This document shows positions 18,401-25,973 of a DNA stretch of 40,051 nt, piece by piece. The stretch is from an uncultured archaeon (GTDB taxonomy: Archaea; Aenigmatarchaeota; Aenigmatarchaeia; QMZS01). The notes under the pieces were generated by a model, which worked only from the letters and a program-made list of their open reading frames with translations, made no database searches and was not told the DNA's origin. A program made the translations under genes and the position numbers. The stretch lies in assembly GCA_964386335.1 (NCBI GenBank), contig CAYLRQ010000001.1, positions 13,568-53,618 of the forward strand, given 5' to 3'. Positions within the stretch are counted from its first letter, which is position 1. Each line of letters starts with the position of its first letter.

Positions 18401-19483
18401 ATGTTGTATAAAATTAAAGGAAAACAAACAGAAAAAGTAAATCAAACAAAATTTAAACAAGAAGAAAAATTAGAAAAAGATTTGGAAGATTGGATAGAGA
18501 ATAATCCATCTATCTTAGGAGAAAGGTTATTAATAATAGGGAGACAGGTCCAAATACCTGAAGTTTATGATAGAATTGATTTATTAGCTCTAGATACTAA
18601 TGGAAACGTAGTCATAATAGAATTAAAGAAAGGGGGACTTAAAGATCCAGTAGATATCCAATCTTTGAGATATGCTTCCTATGTTTCAAGGTGGGAATAC
18701 GAGGATTTAGAAAAACAAGCGAAGAACTATTTTTCTGAAAAAGGTGAAGAAGAATTTAATTTTAATGACAAATTTGAAGAATTTTGTTCATCTGCTGGGA
18801 TTGATGAAATTCCAGATTTAAATCAGGATCAAAGGATAATTATAGTTGGAAGTAAATTAAAGGAGAAATTAGGTTCTGTTGCATTGTGGTTAAGAGAACA
18901 CAGCATAGACATAAAAATTATTGAAGTTTCCCTTTACAAAGACGGAGATAATTTATTTTTATCCCCTCAAGTGATAATCCCTGTTCCTACAACAGAGAAG
19001 TTCGAGATTGGTAAACACGCTTTAAGGAAGGATAGACCTTGGTTAAGCAATGGTGAAGATTGGCATTTAAATAAAAGATGTGGAAAAATAATGAAAGAAA
19101 AATTAATTCAATTCAATAATCTAATTAATGAGAACTTTGAGACAGTCGAAGGTCCAAATTGGAATCAAAAATTTTATGTTTCTTTTAAAGAAGGAAATCA
19201 TATTTGGATATATGTTAATACTCATAAAACAACTCTTGTTTTTAATTTTTTAATTAAAAAAGGGGACATGAATGTAAATAAAATATCCGAAGATTTAGGA
19301 ATAAAAATATTTGATAGAGGATCTTCATTATCTGAAAAATTACAATTAGAAAGTTCTGTAGAAATTACAAATAAAGGAGAATATGATAGAATTAGAATGA
19401 GAATAAAAAAAGAATTTAATATTTCTTCTGATAAGTTCTTGAATTTTGTTAAAAATTGCTTCAATTCATTTAAACAAGTATAA
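18401..19483 (+). CDS. NucS-C/DUF91-like PD-(D/E)XK nuclease domain protein with uncharacterised C-terminal domain
   Basis: N-terminal 'LEDWIENNPSILGERLLIIGRQVQIPEVYDRIDLLALDTNGNVVIIELKKG...DIQSLRY' matches the NucS C-terminal / restriction-endonuclease-like motif (D...E-x-K, then Q-L-x-Y). The ATG at 18401 is preferred over the TTG at 18389 used by the ORF track. The C-terminal ~170 aa are unassigned, possibly DUF4268-like. Confidence 0.68.
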   Translation: MLYKIKGKQTEKVNQTKFKQEEKLEKDLEDWIENNPSILGERLLIIGRQVQIPEVYDRIDLLALDTNGNVVIIELKKGGLKDPVDIQSLRYASYVSRWEYEDLEKQAKNYFSEKGEEEFNFNDKFEEFCSSAGIDEIPDLNQDQRIIIVGSKLKEKLGSVALWLREHSIDIKIIEVSLYKDGDNLFLSPQVIIPVPTTEKFEIGKHALRKDRPWLSNGEDWHLNKRCGKIMKEKLIQFNNLINENFETVEGPNWNQKFYVSFKEGNHIWIYVNTHKTTLVFNFLIKKGDMNVNKISEDLGIKIFDRGSSLSEKLQLESSVEITNKGEYDRIRMRIKKEFNISSDKFLNFVKNCFNSFKQV

Positions 19484-19585
19484 AAGCCCACCCTTTATTT
19501 TAGCTCGCCGACCTCAACTTCTTCGTCGCTTCGCTCCTCGACCCCGTTGCACTCTCCTCGCCTTCGGCTCGTCGGGGGACTTAAC
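19483..19585. repeat. Unit 2, 3' inverted-repeat arm with ~59-nt GC-rich insertion
   Basis: It begins at the last base of the stop codon. It contains aaagcccaccc, gccgacctcaa, a GC-rich spacer (19518-19576) and ggacttaac. Its tail 'cctcgcc..tcgt.ggg..acttaacagc' resembles the tail of the unit-1 3' arm. Confidence 0.85.
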
Positions 19586-19632
19586 AGCGATTTAACGAAA
19601 TTCAGGCGGCTCGCTTTATATTTATTCGTAAT

Positions 19633-19977
19633 TTAAATAACTTGTACTTCATAGAATCTTTCCCTTTCTTTCATAGGAACCTTTCCTTTTTCCAAATTAT
19701 TTTTATATGTAAGGATCATATTCTCAATTTCCGAGAAAGGTTTCCAAAATTCTTCTCCAAACCTATTTTCAAGTTCAGCAGCAAGGGGTGATAAGTACCT
19801 CACCCTAGGTACACTAAGCACCGATGTTATAGCTTCGTATATTTGAGCTTTAAAAACACCGCCCTCTCTCTCTATAACCTTTTCTTCTAATATCTCTAAA
19901 GGTGATTTTTTACTAGCTATTATTGTTTGGTTAATACCTCCCTTTTCGTCCCAAACATAAATCTCGTATACCCTCAT
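19633..19977 (-). CDS. Hypothetical protein (114 aa) inside the insertion
   Basis: An ATG-initiated ORF in typical intergenic context, with no recognisable motif. It is the only minus-strand ORF within the repeat-bounded segment. Confidence 0.45.
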   Translation of the reverse strand: MRVYEIYVWDEKGGINQTIIASKKSPLEILEEKVIEREGGVFKAQIYEAITSVLSVPRVRYLSPLAAELENRFGEEFWKPFSEIENMILTYKNNLEKGKVPMKERERFYEVQVI

Positions 19978-20028
19978 ATATAAAAGAGAATAATTAATCT
20001 TTATAAACCTTTCGATTCTTTAACTGCT

Positions 20029-20058
20029 AATGGTTTTTTGGAAATATAGAAAATTAAA
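20029..20058. repeat. Direct repeat, right copy
   Basis: Identical 30/30 to 17615-17644. It lies 31 nt upstream of the CDF transporter start. Confidence 0.95.
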
Positions 20059-20089
20059 GGTGGAGTAAAAAATCTTTCAAATACTAATT

Positions 20090-21328
20090 ATGTCAATAGA
20101 TTTAAAGAAAGGTCAGAAGGCGGTAGAAAAAGCGGGTTTGATTTCGTTTTTGCTGACAGCGGGAAAAGGAATTGTGGGTTTTTTATCCGGAAGTGTTGTT
20201 TTGGTTGCAGATGCTCTGCACAATTTAACCGATCTAACAATTGATATTGCTTCCTGGTTTGGATTGAAAATAGCGCAGAGAAAGCCGGATGAAAAGTTTC
20301 CCTATGGATATTATAAGGTTGAATCTCTAACAACTTTGTTCGTTTCACTTTTTATTTTATATGCTGCATGCGAATTGTTAATTGAAGGTTATTCAAGACT
20401 CTTTATTGTTTCAGAAATTGATGTGCCTTTTCTCGCCATGCTGGTCGCTTTAATTTCTTCTCTTGTCTCAATATTCATATCAAAATATTTGAAAAATACC
20501 GGAAAAAGCATAAATTCAGAACTGCTGATTGTAAATTCAAAGGAAAGATTTGTCGACGGCATTTCTTCAATTTTTGTTTTTTTGGCAATCTTTCTGAATT
20601 ATTACAAAATTCCATGCATTGAGGGAATTACGTCAATGATAATTTCCCTATTAATTTTGAAAGTGGGAATTTTTTCCATAAAAGATTCTGTTTTTTCTTT
20701 GATGGATATCAGCCCAAGTAAAGAAGAGGAGGAGAAAATAAAGAAAATCATAAAGAGTGTAAAAGGTGTTGATGATTTTACAGATCTGAAATTAAGAAAA
20801 TCTGGCCCATTCATTTTTGGAGAAGTAAAAATAAAAGTCAAAAGATTTATTAAGGTTGAAAGAGGTCATGAAATTGCAGATGAAATCGAAAACAAAATTA
20901 AAGAAAAGATAAAACAAGTTAATTCCTTTACTGTGCATGTTGAACCTTACAAAACAAGCAAACACAGAATCGCAATTCCGATTTTGAAACCTTTGGGTTT
21001 GGAATCAAAAGTGATGGAACATTTTGGAAGAGCAAATTATTTTTTGTTTGTTGACACAATCAAAAATTCAATTACCAAACATTATTCAAAGGAAAATCCC
21101 TGCAAAAAGAAAGAAGTTAGAGCTGGGCTGGAAGCCGCACATTTCATCATAAAAGAAAAAGCGGACGTTCTCATAACAAAAGAAATCGGAGAAATCTCCC
21201 TGCATATTTTAAGAGACAAACTAATTGATGTTTATAAAACAAAGGGGGAAACAGCGAAAGAAGTCATTGATAATTTTTTTGAAAATAAATTGGTCAGATT
21301 AAAAGAGCCTACAAGAGAAAAGAATTGA
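20090..21328 (+). CDS. Cation diffusion facilitator (CDF) transporter fused to a NifX/NifB-like (dinitrogenase FeMo-cofactor-binding fold) C-terminal domain
   Basis: N-terminal six-TM CDF core ('ADALHNLTDL', 'FPYGYYKVESL') plus a cytoplasmic CDF domain ('FTVHVEP'). The extra ~110-aa tail 'RIAIPI...MEHFGRANYFLFVD...AHFIIKEKADVLITKEIGEISLHILRDKLIDVY' resembles the Nitro_FeMo-Co/NifX-like fold. Confidence 0.8.
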   Translation: MSIDLKKGQKAVEKAGLISFLLTAGKGIVGFLSGSVVLVADALHNLTDLTIDIASWFGLKIAQRKPDEKFPYGYYKVESLTTLFVSLFILYAACELLIEGYSRLFIVSEIDVPFLAMLVALISSLVSIFISKYLKNTGKSINSELLIVNSKERFVDGISSIFVFLAIFLNYYKIPCIEGITSMIISLLILKVGIFSIKDSVFSLMDISPSKEEEEKIKKIIKSVKGVDDFTDLKLRKSGPFIFGEVKIKVKRFIKVERGHEIADEIENKIKEKIKQVNSFTVHVEPYKTSKHRIAIPILKPLGLESKVMEHFGRANYFLFVDTIKNSITKHYSKENPCKKKEVRAGLEAAHFIIKEKADVLITKEIGEISLHILRDKLIDVYKTKGETAKEVIDNFFENKLVRLKEPTREKN

Positions 21329-21330
21329 AA

Positions 21331-21723
21331 ATGGATGAAAGATTAATTAAAGAGTTTTTAAGAAAAGAAAATATTTTTGCGGTTGTCGGTGTTTCAAGAG
21401 ATAAAAAGAAATATGGATACAAAGTATATAAAAATCTAAAAGAAGCTGGATATAAAGTTTATCCAATAAATCCGAATGCAAATGAAATTGACGGAGAAAA
21501 ATGCTATTCTGCTCTTTCAAAGTTGCCAGAAAAACCGGATGTCGTTAATCTTGTTGTTCAACCAAGAGTTACAGAACAAATTGTGAAAGAATGCAAAAAA
21601 TTGGGAATTAGAAAGGTATGGATGCAGCCGGGATCAGAATCTAAAAAAGCTGTTAATTTCTGCCTGGAAAATAACATAGAAGTTATTTACAATATTTGCA
21701 TTATGGCAAAGAGAAAAAAATAA
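21331..21723 (+). CDS. CoA-binding domain protein (YccU-like)
   Basis: 'IFAVVGVSRDKKKYGYKVYKNLKEAGYKVYPINP...VVNLVVQP...IRKVWMQPGSES' is the CoA_binding_2 pattern. ATG at 21331; the ORF track starts at TTG 21325. Confidence 0.78.
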   Translation: MDERLIKEFLRKENIFAVVGVSRDKKKYGYKVYKNLKEAGYKVYPINPNANEIDGEKCYSALSKLPEKPDVVNLVVQPRVTEQIVKECKKLGIRKVWMQPGSESKKAVNFCLENNIEVIYNICIMAKRKK

Positions 21724-21828
21724 GTTCTGACACTCTGCATAAGAGAATTCTCAAACAGTTTTTTAGCTTTAATAACTGGAAATACTAATTAGTTTTAAAT
21801 AATATAACAGTGTAATATTATTATAATT

Positions 21829-22128
21829 ATGAAGTGCGAAATATTTGTTAACGATTATCTGCCTGCTATCAGAGCAATAATTGCAAAAAAATTGATAAAC
21901 TTCGGATTTACCCAGCAGGAAATTGCAGATAAATTATATTTGTCGCAGGGGGCTGTTGCTCTCTACAAAAAGCAGGTAAGAGGCAAAAAAGTAAAAGAAT
22001 TGGAAGAGAAGCCGGGAGTAAAAGAAAAAATAGAAGAACTCTCAGAAAAGATAATTTCAAGAGATCTAAAGATGGAAGAACTTGAAGCCGAATATTGCAG
22101 GATATGCAGATTCATTTTTAATAAATAA
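21829..22128 (+). CDS. Small HTH transcriptional regulator
   Basis: 99 aa. 'FTQQEIADKLYLSQGAVALYKK' is a helix-turn-helix segment, and there is a C-terminal 'CRICR'. Confidence 0.55.
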   Translation: MKCEIFVNDYLPAIRAIIAKKLINFGFTQQEIADKLYLSQGAVALYKKQVRGKKVKELEEKPGVKEKIEELSEKIISRDLKMEELEAEYCRICRFIFNK

Positions 22129-22150
22129 GAATTTAAATCCTGTAATTATT

Positions 22151-22972
22151 ATGAGTTTCTTCAGAACAACACTATTGCTGGGTTTATTAACCGGAATTTT
22201 TTTGGGAGCGGGATTTTTGATTGCTGGAATTTCGGGGGCAATTATCGCATTATTTTTCGCGGCCTTCTTTAATTTTTTCTCTTATTGGTATTCAGATAAA
22301 ATTGTCCTGAATATGTATGGAGCAAAAAAATTAAAAAATGAAGAAATAGAAGACATTGTTTCCAAACTCGCAAAAAAGGCAAAGATTCAAAAACCCGAAT
22401 TATATTCTATAAATACTTCCGTTCCAAATGCTTTCGCAACTGGCAGAAATGAGAAAAACAGCGCCATTGTTGTTACAAAGGGTTTAATCAACAGTTTGAA
22501 TAAGGAAGAAATTGAAGGTGTTCTCGCTCATGAAATTTCACACATAAAGAATCATGATATTCTAATTTCAACAATGGCCGCAACAATAGGAGGAGCAATT
22601 TCTTTTCTCGCAAATATGGCCTGGTGGAGTTTGTTTGTAGGAGATTCCAATAGAGATAGTTTGGTATTTCTTCCTCTCCTGATTTTTGCTCCAATCGGAG
22701 CCACAATCGTCCAACTGGCAATTTCAAGAACGAGAGAATATGGAGCGGACTATTCAGCAGGCATTATAACAAAGAATCCTTTGGGTCTGGCAAATGCTTT
22801 GAGAAAAATAGAAAGTTTTGTAAAAACAAATCCAATAAGAGGAAATTCCGCAACAAGCCACCTATTTATTGTAAATCCTTTCAAAGCTGATGCAATCTCA
22901 AAATTATTTTCAACCCATCCTAAAACTGAAGACAGAATTAAGAGATTAGAAGAATTGGCGAAGAAAATTTAA
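22151..22972 (+). CDS. htpX: Zinc metalloprotease HtpX (M48 family)
   Basis: N-terminal TM pair, HExxH 'LAHEISHIKNHD', downstream 'REYGADY' and 'STHPKTEDRI'. The start is set at Met 22151; the ORF-track start at 22082 overlaps the upstream gene. Confidence 0.88.
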   Translation: MSFFRTTLLLGLLTGIFLGAGFLIAGISGAIIALFFAAFFNFFSYWYSDKIVLNMYGAKKLKNEEIEDIVSKLAKKAKIQKPELYSINTSVPNAFATGRNEKNSAIVVTKGLINSLNKEEIEGVLAHEISHIKNHDILISTMAATIGGAISFLANMAWWSLFVGDSNRDSLVFLPLLIFAPIGATIVQLAISRTREYGADYSAGIITKNPLGLANALRKIESFVKTNPIRGNSATSHLFIVNPFKADAISKLFSTHPKTEDRIKRLEELAKKI

Positions 22973-22983
22973 GGAATACCAAA

Positions 22984-23658
22984 TTAAGCAATAGCTTGAA
23001 CTTCATAAGAAGATTCAATAGGAACTTCGCTTTCTAAAATTGAGTTTAGTACATATCTTGTAAAGTTAAGGGTTTTTTTCCAGTAAGATGGAAGAGAATC
23101 ATAAAGCAATGCTTCAACTGAAACGCCAATCGGTAGGTTATATTTCCTTCTCAAAATGCCAGAATCTGAGGAGATTATGAGACTGCAACCAACTTTATCG
23201 GCTTCTTCAATTTGATACAAATCTTCCAATCCGCTATCCCTTGCAGAGAATCTAAGATCACCGATCTTCTCAATATTTACTTCTTTCACATATTTTTTGA
23301 CAAATTTTTCAATTTTTTTCAAAACATTTAGTTTCTCAAGTATCTGTTCCCCTTTTTTTAAGATTACCCTTTCTGATAACTCTTTCCATTTCTCACTGAT
23401 ATATGCTTTATATTTTCTTTTTTCTATTTGTCCAAATAAATTTAATGTCATCTTGTATGCTGCATAATTCTGATTCCCAAACTCTGTACAGACTCTATCA
23501 ATAATTTTCATAATTTCGGTTTCGTCCAAAAAAACCTCTTTACTCTCTATATCTGGAATAAAAATAGGCCGTGAAAGATAAGGATACTGATAAGAAGTTG
23601 GGTCTATATATTCTACTGCTTTATATATCTCATAAGTATTTTTTGGAAGAGCCCTCAT
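22984..23658 (-). CDS. Hypothetical protein (224 aa)
   Basis: A long ORF with no confident family. The C-terminal 'ADKVGCSLIISSDSGILRR' is faintly PIN-like. Confidence 0.45.
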   Translation of the reverse strand: MRALPKNTYEIYKAVEYIDPTSYQYPYLSRPIFIPDIESKEVFLDETEIMKIIDRVCTEFGNQNYAAYKMTLNLFGQIEKRKYKAYISEKWKELSERVILKKGEQILEKLNVLKKIEKFVKKYVKEVNIEKIGDLRFSARDSGLEDLYQIEEADKVGCSLIISSDSGILRRKYNLPIGVSVEALLYDSLPSYWKKTLNFTRYVLNSILESEVPIESSYEVQAIA

Positions 23659-23756
23659 AAGTTAATTTTATTAAAAATAAATAAATTAACTCTCATATAG
23701 TGGTGGCTGACTGAAAGAACGGCAGGCAAATCAAATAAATTTAAGCAAAATTATTT

Positions 23757-24275
23757 ATGGAAGATTTGTTTACAAAATTGATAGTAGACAGTTCAATAGA
23801 TTCTCATTTGGCGGAAGTTTTCAAATACTACACAACTGCGTTCTATGAAATTTGTCTAAATTACGACCGAAAAATAACCAAAAAAGAGTTTTTCGATTTT
23901 CTCGCATTTGCCGAAAATATCCTGTTGCCGAAAGTATTTTCTAAAGCTGCCTGTCATCTCCACACATATATAAACTTTTATAATAAAACCGTATGGGAAG
24001 GGGTGCCTCAGGATAAAAGAGATTTAAGAAAATTAACAGATAATTTCGATGAATTAATAGCAAATTATGTTGGTTGCTGTTTTAATAGTTGCCTTGGGAA
24101 TATTATAGCAGACCTTATAAAGGATAAAAAAAATAAGACGCCGATATTTTTGGGATATGAACAGATAATAAGAAGTACCATAGAAAGTGCGTACAAAAGG
24201 AGCAGAGATAAAATGTTGAAAGAATATGAAGAGTTTTTAGAAAAAGAAAAAGAAAATTTGATACAATATAATTAA
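23757..24275 (+). CDS. Hypothetical protein (172 aa)
   Basis: An ORF divergent from 22984-23658. No recognisable motif. Confidence 0.45.
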   Translation: MEDLFTKLIVDSSIDSHLAEVFKYYTTAFYEICLNYDRKITKKEFFDFLAFAENILLPKVFSKAACHLHTYINFYNKTVWEGVPQDKRDLRKLTDNFDELIANYVGCCFNSCLGNIIADLIKDKKNKTPIFLGYEQIIRSTIESAYKRSRDKMLKEYEEFLEKEKENLIQYN

Positions 24276-24299
24276 TACGGATTTGATTAAAACAAAAAC

Positions 24300-24626
24300 T
24301 TAAATCTTTTTAATCACAACATGTCTTTTCGTTTTGGAAATTGGCCTGCATTCTGCAACTATTACCTCGTCTCCTTCTTTTAATTTAATGCATTTCGGTT
24401 TGTGAACGCTTATTTTTTTCTTTCTCCTCTCATATCTCTCATATTTTTTAACAAATTTCAGATATCTCCTTTCAATTATTGCCGTATTTTCTGGATCCAA
24501 GGATACAACTCTGCCTTTCAAAAGTTTTCCCCTTATTTTCAAGTTTCCATGAAAAGGGCAATCCTTGCTCTCGCATTTTTCTTTTGGAAATTCAACTTCT
24601 ATCCCTATAGATCTCATAATTAACAA
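24300..24626 (-). CDS. rps17: 30S ribosomal protein uS17 (S17P/S11e)
   Basis: 'CPFHGNLKIRGKLLKGRVVSL...ERRKKKISVHKPKCIKLKEGDEVIVAECRPISKTKRHVV' is typical of archaeal S17. The start may be 24617. Confidence 0.85.
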   Translation of the reverse strand: MLIMRSIGIEVEFPKEKCESKDCPFHGNLKIRGKLLKGRVVSLDPENTAIIERRYLKFVKKYERYERRKKKISVHKPKCIKLKEGDEVIVAECRPISKTKRHVVIKKI

Positions 24627-24808
24627 AAAAATAAATTAAGATAATTGTAAATAATCGTTCAAAACTAAACAGTCAAAAAAGAAAGGTTGTAGAGATTTTT
24701 CCGAATTGATGAAAAATCAGAACGGAGATATAATTAGAGATAAAAATATTTAAACAGCAGGAATCGGTTTATGGGGCTCTTCTGTTTTACAATTACTAAA
24801 AAATAAAA

Positions 24809-25087
24809 TTAATTTTCAACAATTTCTATAATTCTGCCTTCCAATAATTTTTCCCATGGACGTATTCCTTCTTCCTCCGCTTTTTTTGTTGGTATCGCCG
24901 TAACGGCCCCATAAGAATCTATTTCAACAACAAACTCTCTGTTACAATTTTTGTTGTTGCATCTATGAATATTTTTGTTGTTTTTCCTAACATTGAATTT
25001 ATTATCTTTTCTGTATTTCATTTCTATTTCCCCTCTGTGCAAGGTATTGCAAAAAGGACAACCAACCTCATATCTTATCAGAACCAT
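24809..25087 (-). CDS. Small zinc-ribbon protein
   Basis: 92 aa with 'CPFC' and 'CNNKNC' cysteine pairs. No family assigned. Confidence 0.45.
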   Translation of the reverse strand: MVLIRYEVGCPFCNTLHRGEIEMKYRKDNKFNVRKNNKNIHRCNNKNCNREFVVEIDSYGAVTAIPTKKAEEEGIRPWEKLLEGRIIEIVEN

Positions 25088-25289
25088 AATAAATATGCAT
25101 ATATTTGTATATATATTTTATAAAGATGAGAATACTCTCTCATAAAAGCATTGTATAAAAACCATCCAAATGCTTGTTATTGTAATGAGAAAGCGACCTC
25201 TAGGATTTGAAAACCAAAATAATCTGGTAAAGGGTTGAATTGTCAGAAATAAATATTTAACACTTCTGTTTTTTCTTTGATCACCATAC

Positions 25290-25973
25290 TCAAAGAATAA
25301 AAAACAAAAAAATAAGAGATACGAGCAATAATATTGTTAAATGCTTCAAACCCGCTATATAGGAGTTCTCGGTTATTTTTCCCATCGCAATCCCGGATAA
25401 AATGGCTTCTATGATAATAATGTGTTGAAATAAAATCTTGTATTCTGATAAGTTCGTGATGCCAATAGAGGGAATAAAGAATGAAAAAATAATAAAAATA
25501 ATTCCCAAAAAAACAAAGAAAATGAAATACAAAGAAATCAATTGGGGGAATAATTCCGTGCTTCTCTCTCTTTCAAGTTCTTTGGTTAAATAAATATATT
25601 CATTTATCTCCCTCATAGTATTGCCTATATCTGTGCTAAAATCGGCGGCCCTTTCGGCCAAAGTGATTATCTTTTTGATAAATTTATTGTTTGCCTTTCT
25701 TTCAAAATTTTCAAGAGCAATCTGGAAAGGTGTTCCCCATTCAATCTGCAAACACATATTTCTTATCAATGGCGTAAGTCTTCCGTAATTTCCTTCTTTG
25801 CTTTTTCTTACGGATTCCACCAAAGACATCCCGGTTGAGGTATTATTATATATTTCCTGAAAAAACTTTGGAAAAAATTCCAGAATTTCTTTATTTTTTA
25901 AATAATTATAATAGATAACTGCACTAAAACATATCAGGATTGCGGATAAAACAAAAACAATTAAAGTAATCAT
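25290..25973 (-). CDS. FlaJ/TadC-like type IV pilus/archaellum platform protein, C-terminal-half equivalent (T2SS-F domain)
   Basis: An N-terminal TM, then a cytoplasmic helical domain 'TGMSLVESVRKS...WGTPFQIALENFERK...', then TM helices. 4-nt overlap with the upstream half. Confidence 0.68.
   Translation of the reverse strand: MITLIVFVLSAILICFSAVIYYNYLKNKEILEFFPKFFQEIYNNTSTGMSLVESVRKSKEGNYGRLTPLIRNMCLQIEWGTPFQIALENFERKANNKFIKKIITLAERAADFSTDIGNTMREINEYIYLTKELERERSTELFPQLISLYFIFFVFLGIIFIIFSFFIPSIGITNLSEYKILFQHIIIIEAILSGIAMGKITENSYIAGLKHLTILLLVSLIFLFFIL

Larger units (their letters stand above)
17615..20058. mobile_element. Candidate integrated element or cassette insertion bounded by 30-bp direct repeats (no recombinase seen)
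   Basis: Perfect 30-bp direct repeats at both ends. The interior holds three accessory ORFs and GC-rich inverted-repeat blocks that contrast with the AT-rich surroundings. Removing one repeat plus the interior would leave sufBD about 40 nt upstream of the CDF transporter gene. Confidence 0.6.

Noticed and set aside
18300-19590. Possible RNase P RNA: 'gttaagtcc' pairing with 'ggacttaacag' recalls the CR-I/CR-V P4 helix
   Set aside because: A 1.1-kb protein-coding ORF lies between the two strands. I could find no other conserved RNase P regions. A paralogous arm pair also flanks the neighbouring ORF. A repeated element explains the data better.
17740-20028. Additional 'ctttaact' motifs (17740-17747 and 20019-20026) as possible further core sites of the cassette system
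   Set aside because: An A/T-rich 8-mer recurring in AT-rich DNA is expected by chance. Unlike the other cores, these have no adjacent GC-rich pairing partners.
22082-22150. Upstream extension of the HtpX ORF
   Set aside because: It overlaps the 3' end of the HTH regulator gene. The HtpX membrane N-terminus (MSFFRTTLLLG) begins at 22151.
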